From contig NC_057752.1 in the NCBI RefSeq assembly GCF_004010195.1, positions 1 to 64,000 of the forward strand: a stretch of 64,000 nt of DNA, read 5' to 3'. Origin of the DNA: Chiloscyllium plagiosum (lineage: Eukaryota). The notes beneath the pieces were generated by a model that searched no databases, was not told where the DNA came from, and saw only the letters and a list, made by a program, of their open reading frames with translations. This document shows, one piece after another, positions 24,952-37,440 of this stretch; position 1 is the first letter of the stretch; each line of letters starts with the position of its first letter. The position numbers and the translations under genes are program-made.

Positions 24952-25155
24952 ATGGCCAGTCTCCTAACTGCCTTGATCTGTGCTTCTGAGAAATCAGCAA
25001 ATATTGCTCGAGCTTGTAAACGGGAAGAAGAACTGTTCCAGCTTCTCATTGAAGAGAAAAAAGGACCAGATAAAAATAAGAAGTTTGTACAAGACTTCAA
25101 GACTCTGGCAGATGTCATCATTCAAGAAGTGATTAAGAATGATATAGCAGAAAAG
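24952..25155 (+). CDS. INPP1: Inositol polyphosphate 1-phosphatase(-like), coding exon 1
   Basis: MASLLTALICASEKSANIARACK...DFKTLADVIIQEVIK...AEK; acceptor AG ends at 24935; GT donor at 25156; 204 coding nt. Confidence 0.92.
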
Positions 25156-26169
25156 GTGCTGACTATCAGAAAGGCGGGCTGGGTGAAATACTACATTCAA
25201 ATCATGTGTCTGGTTTCAAATACGAGATCCCTTTTCTGTAATTACTAATCTCAATACAGTCCCAAGTCACATGAACTCAGTGGGAAAAAAAACTGCACTC
25301 AAATGCTTCACTCATTTAGCAATCTTGCTCAGTTGTAGTGTCAAGAATGGAGCCATCATGAGTACCCACAAATGAAAAGTTCTTCACAGTTTGAGACACA
25401 TTTATCTTGATGCAAAGAAAGCATGACATTTTGTCTGACTCAGTTTATCTGATTTGAGTTAAATCTAACCTGGTATTTGAAGAATTTTCTACTTCCGTTG
25501 AGGTAAAAACAATGACTGCAGATGCAGGAAACCCGTTGAGGGTCAACTGATCATGTTGACTTCTCAACATAATGAGCAAGGAAGTTGCTCCAAGAGTTTA
25601 AATAAAAATAGAATGGAGAAAAATGGAAGGGAAAAGGTTGTGTTATTATCATAACCCTTCAGAACAAGTTGCTCTGTTTGTAAGGATGGTGCTGTCATTT
25701 GATGTGTGAAGAACAACTCAAACTAAATGTATTTTAAAACGTATTAACTATCACATAATATCCCAGTTAATCAGGGAATAATGTTCTGTAGTATATTGTC
25801 ACAGTTACCCATCCAACATGACAAACGGTTGCTGTGAAGTTTTTTGGGGTGCACCAGGTATTAAACCTCCCTGTAAACAACAACATAGTCCTGTTTGCAA
25901 ATTTTTTTTTTAGAAACAAATTCCAAGGAAAAATACTGATCCATTGGTAATCCTGGCAAGAAGTTGAGGGACTCTAAGTTTAAATGGATGGAAGCAGACT
26001 AGAGGAACTCAATTTACATTTCACCCTCAATGGTTCACTTTGAGGCTGGTCTGCAGAGAGGTTGGGATGACATTGCGCACATATCATTAAATGATTCTAC
26101 TTTGCAAATCTGAATTTGTCACTGCTAATTATTTAGCTATATTGTGTTATTAACTGTACTTTTAAATGA

Positions 26170-27230
26170 TCTTAATAACCTCCAGATACTTGAGTAATTA
26201 GGACTTACCACAAGGGTTCAGTCATAACTGCAATGCGAGGCAAGCATTTTGCTAACTGGTTTATCAAGACTATAAATCTTCTCAGGTCATGAGCTGATTT
26301 TGTAGTTGGAAACCTCTTAATAGCCTTCAGTTTTTCTGTGGGTGTGGTCATGCCCATTCTCGTCAATGATGTGTTCCAAGTAGTGGTTAGATTCCTTGGA
26401 GAACTCACAGTTTACATTGTAGATAAGCTCTTTGGCCTGCAGTTTTTTGAAAACATGGCCCCTTTGGTCATGATTCTCAACCATCTTCCTGCAGCTCAAT
26501 GTATCATTCTTGTGTAATGTGATAACTTTTAAACTTCTAATATAATGGACATAGTCAGCTGAGTAATCTCTGGGGCTGACATGATCGTGCTGGCAGACGA
26601 TAGATACAAAATTTTACAATTGGAGTATCTTACAAAAAAATTAGTGTGTGGATTGCTTTTGTAATGATACCTGCCAGAACTTAGTGTTGGCATCAAGTTT
26701 GGATTTTAAAAAAACTATCTTTAGGCCATTTGGCTTGTAAACAGTAGACATAGAGTGGGTTTCCTCATTACATCAATGCAAATTCTGATGGATCCAATGA
26801 GTTTGAACACAATGGCGATGCCCAAACACCAGTGGCTTGTTTGGTAACCAGGGAAATGACATCCAGTTCAGTAATTTCCTAAAGTTGCTTCTACTTTGAT
26901 TTGTTAAGAAGTGCTGAATCTTCCTGGCTATGGGCAAATGTAACAGCTTAGCAACATTCTTTAACAAGATTGATTACTCATTACTGCATTTGCTTAATCC
27001 TGTGAATACTTTGGGGTATCCCATCTCAAAGGCACGTTTGTTCCTGTACAGTGCCAGCTCTCCAATCCTTTAAGGTTAAAAGCAAAGCATGCTTTCTTAC
27101 TCGAGAGTGAGATATCCCGATAATGAAATGTGTACAGACTTTCTACTATCTGACATCCTTTATGTTGCAGTATTACTTGTAACATACACTTAATGTTGAG
27201 AGTCACTTCTCCTAGACATTGTTGTTTCAT
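26170..27230 (-). mobile_element. Gypsy-like RT relic
   Basis: CEFSKES..YLEHII and EKLKAIKRFPTTKSAHDLRRFIVLINQLAK; boundaries approximate. Confidence 0.6.
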
Positions 27231-27236
27231 GTCTAA

Positions 27237-27557
27237 GCATGGTGGCTCACTGGTTAGCACTGCTGCCTCACAGTGCCAGGGACCTGGGTTTGATTCCAGC
27301 CTCGGGCAACTGACTGTGTGGAGTTTGCACATTCTCCCATGTCTGCGTGGGTTTGCTCCAGTTTGCCCCCACAATCTAAAGGTGTGCAGGTTAGGTGAAA
27401 TTGCCATGCTAAATCGCCCATATAGTGTTCAGGGATGTGGAGGTTAGGTGCATTGGTCAGGGGTAAATACAGGGTAGGGGAATGGGTCTGGGTGGGTTAC
27501 TCTTTGGAGGGTTGGGCCGAAGGGCCTGTTTTCCACACTAAGGATTCTATGATTCTA
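27237..27557 (+). mobile_element. HE1-type SINE
   Basis: A/B-box-like head, conserved core, GATTCTAT tail. Confidence 0.85.
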
Positions 27558-27578
27558 ATTATTTGTCTGTCAAATCAG

Positions 27579-27639
27579 TTTCCAGAACTTGCACCTCATA
27601 TCGCTGGAGAGGAATCCAACAAGTTTGAAAATGGTTTGG
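27579..27639 (+). CDS. INPP1: INPP1(-like) coding exon 2
   Basis: cag|FPELAPHIAGEESNKFENGLG|gtatgt; 61 nt; carries the GEES metal-binding motif. Confidence 0.92.
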
Positions 27640-27794
27640 GTATGTTACTAATGTTTACTTAGTTACTTCAAATCATGTAGAACACAGTCAAGTTTTCAAA
27701 TGTAGAGGGACTGAAATAAGACATGGTTGATGCTGAATTGACTTTAAGTAAACTATTGTATTCATTGATGATATAGCTGGAGGTGGTGGAGCTG

Positions 27795-28685
27795 AGGACA
27801 TGACCAATGACCTTCCCTCCATCATAAGGTCAGAAGTGAGGATGTTTGCTGATAATTGCACAATGTTCAGTATCATTCACAACTCAAATACTGAAACAGT
27901 CCATATGCAAATGCAGCAATATCCAGGTTTGGGCTGAAAGGGTATCGTAACAATCACCCATGCAAGTGCTAGGCAATGACCATCTCCAACTAGTGAGAAT
28001 CTAATCAACACTTTTTGACATTCAATGGCATTACCATCACTGAATGCCCCACTATCAACATTCTGGGTGTTACTGCTGACCAGAAACTAAACTGAACTCG
28101 CCATATACATATAGTGGCTACAAGAGCAGTAGATAACCCCCCACCTCCTGATTCCCCAAAGCCTATCCACAATCTACAAGTCAGGAGCGTGATGGTATGC
28201 TGTCCATTTGCCTTGATGAGTGAGAGTCCAACAACACTCAAAAAATTCATCACCATCCAGGACAAAGCAGCCCACTTGATTAGCACCAGATCCACAAACA
28301 TTGAGTCCCTCCACTGCGGACACTCAGTAGCAGCAGTGTGTTTCACCTACAAGATGCACTGCAATAACTCATCAATGTTCCTCCGACAGAATCTTCCAAA
28401 TTAATGACCACTTCCAACTAAAAAGATAGGGGCAGCAGATATATGGGAATACCAGTCTCTGCAAGTTCCCTGTACTATTCACCATCCTGACTTGGAAATA
28501 AATAGCTGTTTGTTTAGTGTTGTTGGGTCAAAATCGTAGAACTCCCCTCCTCACGGAATTGTTGGTAGAATGACACAAAATGGATTGCAGTGATTCAAGA
28601 CTCACCATCACCTTCTCAAGGGTAACTAGAACTGGGCAATAAATGGTGGCCCAGTCAGTGAAGTCCTTATCCCATGAATGCATTT
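27795..28685 (+). mobile_element. CR1/L2-group LINE, second family, 3' part
   Basis: NDLPSIIRSEVRMFADNCTMF; same family as 39000-41890. Confidence 0.75.
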
Positions 28686-29759
28686 TAAAAAAATTCGGCT
28701 CTCTCCTGACAGATTCAGTAACTTCTTTGTGCTGGTCTTCCTACCACATTCAGTTTTGTTTTGATGAAAACTCCACAGAAAAAAAAATTTAAAAAGCTGG
28801 TGGTATCGATCATAATTGAGTCTTTTTTAACTCTGAAAATGAAGTTGATGGCAAGGTTCTAATATTTTCTTGCTGAAATACATACATTGCTTATCAGAAC
28901 ACTAGAGTTTCTCTACTAGAGTTTCTCCTTTAATTTTCTTTACTTCTTTTCTGAAGTTACTGACTTTTTCTAGATGGGGTTCAGTATCAGTGATTCTAAC
29001 AAGTGCCCCAGAGTCTCCCACAAATTTCCATTCTTGATCCATGAGCCCAGGTTGGATGAGAGCAATATTAAAATGACTTCCCGACAGCAGTCACAGGACA
29101 GCAACCAGAATCTCACAGTCACAATAATCTTGGGAATTTATTAAATCACCTCCAAGAGAAACTTTCTGGAATGTCTCCCACACCAAATTAACACAGTTTT
29201 CATTGTTTTTATGTCGGAAGAATATATAAAACCTGTCAGGGAGGAGACACTGAGGATCAATGTTTAGTTGAGTCATTACTGTTTGGGACAGATTTTGCTG
29301 GATTGTTAAATAAATAAATAAATAAATAGAAAATGATAATACTTGCCCCATACCAAAAAACACCTAATAACTCAGCCTAAACTACATACTGCCTCTGACA
29401 TCTTTCTAAATCTTTGCTCTGTACTGCACCAAGTAATTTGTTCACTCATGAGAGCTATCTTGGAAGCACCAGTGACCTTTCAGCTGTAATGTTTTAAGTT
29501 ACACAAGAACTATATGCAGTTTAGAAAACTTTTGACGATTGTCAGCAAAGGGTAATTGAATACATTTTTAAAAATAACACAGCGTGTTTATAGAATATAA
29601 ATGCTTAATTAATTTGTACAAGCACTGTAATTTCTGCGCCATTAGTGTTTAATTTGCAATTGATAACTTAAGTGGCTGTTTAACTTGCTGCAACTTGGAG
29701 GCTTGCAGAATCGTGTCACTGTTTACCTAAATACATGTTGCAATAAATCTGTTGTAGGA

Positions 29760-30255
29760 ACACAAGAACAGGAGAAGGCTATTGAACCCATTGAACCTGC
29801 CCCACCATTTTTAATACAATCATGGCTTATCAAACAATTTAATGCCTTCTACCCACTCCATCCCCATAACCCTGTATGCCAGTGGTAATCAGAAATCTAT
29901 CAATCTCTACTTTGAATTCAAAGACTGAGCTTCCACAGCCATCTATGGTAGAACATTCCAAAGGTTCACAAAACTTCTGAGTAAAAGAAATTCTCCTCAT
30001 CTTGGACCGAAGTGTCATCCCTGTTATTTTTAAAATTGTGCCCCTGTTCTTGACTCCCCATCCACAGAAAACATCTTACCTGCATCTAACCTGTCTATTC
30101 TTTTAAGTATTTTGTAAATTTCAATAAAATCACCTCTCAGTTTTTGAAACTCTACAGGAATCTAGGCCCAGTCTGCTCAATCTCATTTCATATGATAGTC
30201 CCACCATCAACAAATCTGATGAACATTCATTGCCCTTTCTCTATGGCAATCTTCC
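29760..30255 (-). mobile_element. Old CR1 3' fragment
   Basis: Resembles the minus-strand CR1 3' ends at 13545 and 16065. Confidence 0.65.
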
Positions 30256-30977
30256 TTTTGTGCCCTTTAATGACTCATTTGCTCGGCAATGTGGTGTGAC
30301 AGGAAGAAGTGCATTCATTTGTACCTAATCTGCAAAAGTAGCATTTACCAATTCTAATATCTACCAATAAATATGGTCTCATTCATATTTTGGATTAGTT
30401 GATGATATTGAGAAACCCTTAATCAGATATTGCCAAACAGCATCTATTAAAATTATATGTGCCAGATGACAAGAACTGCTTGAACTTATTGGTTCATAAA
30501 TGTTTAGACAATATTTGCTTATTTAATGACCATATAATAATGGGTTATCAAGTTTTACCAAATCGGATTAAAAGTATTTCCCACAAGTATCAAATTCACG
30601 CAGTCATTAGTCACTGATTTGCTACTAGACAAACTAGATTGTTCAAACACATTTGGAGGAATTTGGGCATGATCAACCTTAAATAGTGTGCTGACTCGTC
30701 CTTCGTCATGACATTTCTGCCAAAGCAATGCTGTCAGGATAAGCTCCAAACCAGGATGTTTGAACCATACAGTGCTTGTTTTTGAATGGAACTTGTGAGA
30801 GTAGTTTTTGTTTGTCACCTTCTCCAAAACTAAATTAAATATAAGATTGGCGAAAGCTGGCACACTTAGACTATCACAATATTTTTGAATTCATATAACC
30901 TTTGCATTATATTTGGACAACTCTAGTAAACATTAATCTAACAATAAGCATTCTTGTTCCTTTATTCCCTATTACAG

Positions 30978-31178
30978 GTGAAACCATTACTGTGAAAGTA
31001 TGCAAAACAGAGCAAGAAACAGCAGAATTGCTGGGTAAAGTGCTAGATGGGCATCTGAAAGCTGCTAGCCTTTTGGCAAAGTGTATCCATGAAAGTGTTC
31101 ACAGTGATGGTCCAGACTTGCAGAAGCTAACAATAGATATTCCTATTGACACCATAGGGATATGGGTTGATCCTATTG
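30978..31178 (+). CDS. INPP1: INPP1(-like) coding exon 3
   Basis: tacag|(G)ETITVKVCKTEQETAELLGKVL...GIWVDPI(D)|gtaagt; 201 nt. Confidence 0.93.
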
Positions 31179-32336
31179 GTAAGTAAAGCCTTCACCAAAA
31201 TAAAATCTCCTCAACCTATATTAAGCCTTGCACTTTGTAACAATCTTCATAGGGACTGATAACCTTAAGAGAAATTCAAACTTCCACGTAACAGCTAAAT
31301 GAATGGTTGTCAAGATTTGACAATAAAAACAAATCACTAAAACACCATTGACTAAACATTTGAATTTTCTTAGGCAACTTATACTTTAACTACAGGAAAG
31401 AAATTCCCCCATTTAACTTTTAGCAAGACTGAAAATCTCTTGCAATGTTTATATGTTACACTGTTCATTGAGTGTACACTATATCCTTCAAGAACTTGTA
31501 TAAAATTATTCACTGCTCCAGATGGCTTGCTTTTTTATTTGGCTTTCTCAGCTGGATAACTTCTAATCCTAGAACGTCCTTTCAATGTGCAGTTCCCTTT
31601 CTCATGTCAAGCTAAGAGATCTTCCAGCCTCCTTTAAAGCCTCACAAACTCAGTCTTCAGTCAGAACACGTGGTCCCACCTGCATTCTGTATGGTGAAAT
31701 ATATAATTAGTATTTTCCCTGCTTCAGGTGCAGATCTGGTTAGTTTTGTCTTTTGAAACAAAAACATTCAGCAGAATGTGGCTGGCAAAAATCCCTCCCT
31801 ATTAGTGAACCAGATAGATTGTTATAATAATTGATTATAGTTTAATGGCACCATCACTGAGACCTGGTTTCAAATTTGAATTGAAAGTATTAGGACTTAA
31901 ACTCATATCATCAGGGCATTGGCCTGGGCCTGGGGTTTATTAGTCAAAGTGACAATACCACTACACCACTGTCTTTGCTTAATCTTATACTGTCCATCTC
32001 ACAGATGAATGCAGACCACAAAGATAAAGCTGCCTGCTGTGATATTTATGTACCAGGAAGTCTGTAACCTGATCTCAAAATAAATTCCTCTAACCTCCTC
32101 CACGTAATTGGGAAACATCAGTTTTCTATAAAAAGAAATGCTGATTAGTTATCATTGAAACAACTTCTCTGCATCTGAGAAGCAAATGCATGGTTTGCAG
32201 CATCACAGTTTTTCTCAGACTTCAGGGGGAATCTGGGTCCACTCATGGTAAACTCAGACTGTGGTCATTGTCTCCAAACATAAAACAATCATGTTTTCTT
32301 TTTATCTTTAACAATCAAATCATTCAAGCTTATTGT

Positions 32337-32858
32337 CAAAAAGCGTAGTGCTGGAAAAGTGCAGCCAGTCAGGCAGCATCTGAGGAGCAGGAGTTAGCAC
32401 TGCTGCCTCTCAGCGCCAGAGACCCGGGTTCAATTCCCGCCTCAGGCGACTCTGTGTGGAGTTTGCACATTCTCCCCGTGTCTGCGTGGGTTTCCTCTGG
32501 GTGCTCCGGTTTCCTCCCACAGTCCAAAAATGTGCAGGTTAGGTGAATTGGCCATGCTGAATTGCCTGTAGTGTTAGGTGAAGGGGTAAATGTAGGAGAA
32601 TGGGTCTGGGTGGGTTACGCTTCGGCGGGTCGGTGTGGACTTGTTGGGCCGAAGGGCCTGTTTCCACACTGTAAGTAATCTAATCTAATCTAATCTAATC
32701 TAATATTTCCAGCATAAACCCTTTATCACATTCCTGAAGAGCTTATGCTCGAAACATGGACTCTCCTGCTCCTCAAATTAGCCTAACCGGCTGCGCTTTT
32801 CCAGTGCCACACTTTTTGACTCTAATCTCCAGCATCTGCAGTCATCACTTTCTCCTCG
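32337..32858. mobile_element. Fold-back Penelope-derived element with a nested HE1 SINE
   Basis: Inverted arms; TSD TTCAAGC(T/G)TATTGT at 32323-32336 and 32859-32872. Confidence 0.7.
32393..32704 (+). mobile_element. HE1-type SINE, 5'-truncated
   Basis: GGGTTCAATTCCC B box, conserved core, (TAATC)5 tail. Confidence 0.88.
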
Positions 32859-35217
32859 TTCAAGCGTATTGTTAGGCAGATCAGAACAGGTCACATGATC
32901 ACCCCTCAATTGGCCAATTTTGAAAACAATCAAAAAATGTAATCTTAAACCTCAATTGCAACACCTCCCCATTAAGAAAATGGAAAGTCATCACTATAAT
33001 GATGAGCTTTCATAGATATTACCCAAAATATGGCAACTTGTAATCACTTCATGCTGTTGGTGTCCATTTACAGTCATTCCTTGAGAAACTGAATACCAGG
33101 AGTAAATTATATGCTCAAAGTTCTCGATCATAGAGCTTTTAGCCTTCTGAATTTAGTCCCTTTGATTCTTTTTAAAAATAAGATACCATTTCATCATAAG
33201 GTTTTTTTAAAACACTCAGTCCTTGGATCACCCTGTTTAGATTGTTCCTTCTGACTTGCGTTATCTTTCATGGCTCTTTAATGTCCAAATCAAAAAATGA
33301 AAGTCTCAGGCAAACAAACATCTAAGATGCCTTTTTCATGTTGACACACAAGATTACAGTAGTCAATATTTCATTTGTTTAGGAGCAGACCTGGCTACTT
33401 CTGTTTCATCTTCTCTATCTTTCAGATTACTGAATATCACACTAATCAAAACGATGCTGTCTGTAATAGTCATGGGTTTATGCGGAAACTTGTAACCCAA
33501 TTTCAAAATGAATTCTACCGCACTCCTTACCATGACTACAAGAAACAAATTTGCCGTATCCAATGCTAGAACCCTTGCTGATTTTCATTTTTTTTAGATT
33601 CTGTCAGTTTTGGTTTGGAGCTGGGAACTGAGAGCTGAAAGGTAACCTTCAGACTGTGAGCAGCAGCTTGTGTTAAAAAAAAGGAACAAACTAGCTGTTA
33701 TTTGTTTTTGAAGCCAGGCCTGAAAGTTAACTTGCAGGTTAGTTCTTGATCAAAGAGTTTAGTTGATGCTTTGACTCCAGAGAGGCCTTATGCTCAAGCA
33801 GATGGCAAATGCTGAATGTTAACTGGGACCTCATAGGGAAGCAAACAGTCTACAAAGGTTGGCCAGACTTTGAACTGATTTTTGGACTCATGTTGAGTCA
33901 AAAATTGTGCCTAATTGATATTAATTAGATTATCTTGTCATTTATCTTTGCTCTGCTAAAGGTACGATTGTTCAACTGTCCATTACCATTCACAACTGGA
34001 TGTGGCAGAACTGTAGGGCTGAGATCTGATCTGCTAATTGTGGCATTGCTTAGCTTTAGCTATTGCATGCTGCTTATATTGCTTGGCATACCAGTAGTCC
34101 TTTGTAATCACTGCAGGCATGCCCTCTTGCACTCTTCATTGGAATTTCTTTCATCTTGGTAAGTGAACAGATTGATACAGTATCATTGCTTACAACTCAA
34201 CACCTTCTGCATCTTTCTGGGACTTTGGGAAACTCCAAGTTTCGTCAGTGGTATACACTGAGATTGTGGTCAATGTTTCCAAGTGTAAATACCTTCCACG
34301 TTCCTCTCAGTGAAATAATAAAAGTCTCCTTTTGCTTTCTAACAACGAAACCACCTAGGTTTTTTAAATTCATTTACAGGATATGGGCATCACTGGCTAG
34401 GCAGCATTTAATGTCCATCCCTAATTGCCCAGAAGGCAATTAAGAGTCAACCACATTGCTGTGTGTCTGGAGTCACAAATGGACCAGAGCAGGTAAGGAT
34501 GGCAGTTTCCTTTCCTAAAGGGTATTAGTGAACGAGATGGGTTTTTCCAACAATCGACAATGGATTCATGGTCATCATTGGACTCTTCATTCCAGATTTG
34601 TTTTTCTATTGAATTCAAATACCCTATCTGCCATGGTGGTATTCAAACCCTGGTCTCCAGAACATTACCTGGGTCTGACAATACCACTAGGCATTGCTTC
34701 CCCTTCATTGTCATATCAACTGCTGAACAGGTCACATGATTCCCCCCACCCCATGCATTCCAAAATGTAATAATCTTATAAAACTCAGTTGTAACAGCTT
34801 CAGGGAGGTGGAATCTTCAATGTTATGGCATTTTCATGAACACAGACAATGCAGCACTTCCATTCTGGTTGATAACAAATCTGGAGGAGGATTTAAGGTC
34901 CACAGTAAAGATGGAATAAAGATATCATGAGATAAATCAGACTGGTGTATCTTGGGGGCACTTGCTCAGTGGAGATAGAGACAACCCATTTCATTCCACC
35001 TTCCTGCCTAAGGAAGTTGACTGTACAATTCGAAAATGGGTATTGCACAGGAGTTCCTTCAGCCTGATATCTATACTGGCCCTCTGAACAATTAATCTGG
35101 TACCACTTCTGTCTTTTCTCCTCAGCCTGGTAAAATTTTCCTTTGCAGTTAACGATCACATCCTCTTTTGAAAGTCTCAATTGATCCTGCCTACACCACA
35201 TTCTTAACCAGTGCCTT

Positions 35218-36125
35218 TGTTGCAGCACAGCGACGGACAGCTGAATCAAATCATTGCTTACCTCTGTACTCAACACAGTAAAATTAAAAAAACTTAATGG
35301 TCCTCAAAATTAACCCTAATGGTTCCTAATCAGATTCTTTGAATAATCAGTACCAGATGTTATGAATAACCGATACCAGACACCAGGTTTCTAGTGTAAA
35401 CAAAAGATTTAACAGTTTATGAATAATACAATAGCTTTAGCAGAGCACAAGGTAAACAGATTAATGTCTATGATTTAAACCCAATCTTCCTTGATGTCAG
35501 CCCCCACTCTCTCACAAAAGTAGACAGACATAAGGGAAAAATAAATGAGTCAGTTCACTTAAGCAGGTGCCACGATCTGTAACATCAACAGCACATAGGA
35601 TTATATCTTGCTTGGCTTATGATGAAACCAGTGCATGCAAATATCTTCCAGTAGGGTCTGAGGAATATTGATTTAATTCTTATCTGGGATTCTATTCTCT
35701 GAACTTTCAATAAGTTGATAAAGGGAGGACAACCAGGGAGCCACCAAACCTCCATCCTCAAGCTTTCACAGGCACAATCTTTCTGGCTCAAAGAGTTGAA
35801 AAACCAGTTCAAACTTAGGTCTCCCTTTGTTAGACTAGTTGCATCCGATGAGGTCCCAATTAACATTCAACATCTGCCATCTGCTTTAGCATAAGGCCTC
35901 TCTGGGTTGAAGCATCTAGCAAGTACATTTTAATAAGAAACAACCTGTAGTAACTTTCAGGCCTGGCCTCGTGAAGAAATAACAGCTCATTTATTTGTTT
36001 TTTTTAAACAAGCTGCTGCTCACAGTCCAAATATTGCCTTCAGCATTTAGCCCACAGTTCACAGCTCTGAACCAAAACTGATTAAAACAAAAGTGAAAAG
36101 TCAAAAATCAGTGAGGGTTCCAACA
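35218..36125. mobile_element. Probable solo LTR inserted in a CR1 fragment
   Basis: Termini TGTTG...CAACA; flanks CCTT and CATT (4-bp TSD with one mismatch); CR1-like sequence continues on both sides. Confidence 0.5.
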
Positions 36126-36465
36126 CATTACAGACCACAACCACCAACTGTGTGAGGACAGTTACCATCACATTTTTTGCCAGTCACCTTAAATCTGTTC
36201 CTGATGGTTCTTGATCCTTCCACCAACTGTGACTGACAAATTCTTTCTTCGGAGAAAGGCTAGTTAAATTTATCTCGAGGTTTCTGTGGAAACTCCAGTC
36301 TCCTAGTTGCGATTTTAAAGGGAGAAAATAAAGAGTTTTTAAAAATGTACAACTGAATGAAATTGGAATGGCTAAAAATTCATTATCATTTTAGTGTATT
36401 TAGTTGGAATCTGAAAGATTTATACAACCATATATTTTTTAAAACTGCCATGGTTCTGTTTACAG

Positions 36466-36637
36466 ATTCAACTAATCAGTATATCAAGGGACAACTCGAA
36501 GATAAATTCAAAGATGGAATCCACACACATGGTCTAAAATCTGCTGCTGTACTTATCGGTGTCTTTGACAGAAACTCGGGGCAGCCAATCATGGGAGTTA
36601 TTAACATACCATTTCATGAAGTGGACCCCAATTTAAG
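36466..36637 (+). CDS. INPP1: INPP1(-like) coding exon 4
   Basis: tacag|(D)STNQYIKG...VLIGVFDRNSGQPIMGVINIPF...PNL(R)|gtacat; completes the DPIDST catalytic motif; 172 nt. Confidence 0.93.
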
Positions 36638-36938
36638 GTACATAGTTTTTCAGTATTTCAGCTTTCAAAGCATACCATCTATAAGCACATGTATGCAAGC
36701 CAATTGAAATAGAATTTTGATTGCATGAAAAGCAGCAATAACTAAAAGACACTTGTCCCTTTCCTATACTGCAGTTACTGGATCTATTTCAATTGGAAAA
36801 CTTTAAAATTTCTTCCCTCACTCCCCACTCCTCTGCATTGTAGAGGATCAGTCTGCTTCACTCCATCTCCAGATCACAACGAACTGACACATGTTAACGT
36901 ATAAAGTTGTTCCACTAACACATGCTTGTTTTCTACAG

Positions 36939-37440
36939 GTGGCGGGGGAAATATTACTGGGGTATTTCCTATAAAGACATCAATATCCACTCTGTACCAA
37001 AGCAGAATCCTGCACACGACCAACTCTCAATTGTCATAAGCTCAAGTGAGAAGGAAAGCATCAAGAAGGCATTAGCTCCTTTCTGTGGTGAAAGAATGTA
37101 CTATGCTTGTGGGGCAGGCTATAAAGGCTTGTGCACTATCCTTGGTTTAGTAGATGCCTATGTTGTCACAGAAGACACAACTTTCAAGTGGGATACTTGT
37201 GCCCCTCATGCCATTTTGAAATCTTTAGGAGGAGGTTTTGTGAACCTTGCCAAAACACTCTCTCAGCCAAAAGATGGAGACCGTGGTGGTTTCCCTGAGC
37301 TGCAGTATGCAAGGCCAGATGAAGGGGCAAAACAAGCTGACAAGTGGGCCAACACAGGTGGATTTGTAGCTTACAGGTCCAGAGAGCAGTTAGAGACCAT
37401 TATTAATGCACTCTGTATAACTGCAGACACTTATTTGTAG
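36939..37440 (+). CDS. INPP1: INPP1(-like) coding exon 5 (terminal)
   Basis: tacag|WRGKYYWG...GAGYK...TFKWDTCAPHAIL...WANTGGFVAYRS...TYL*; the five exons total 1140 nt (379 aa) with consistent phases. Confidence 0.94.
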
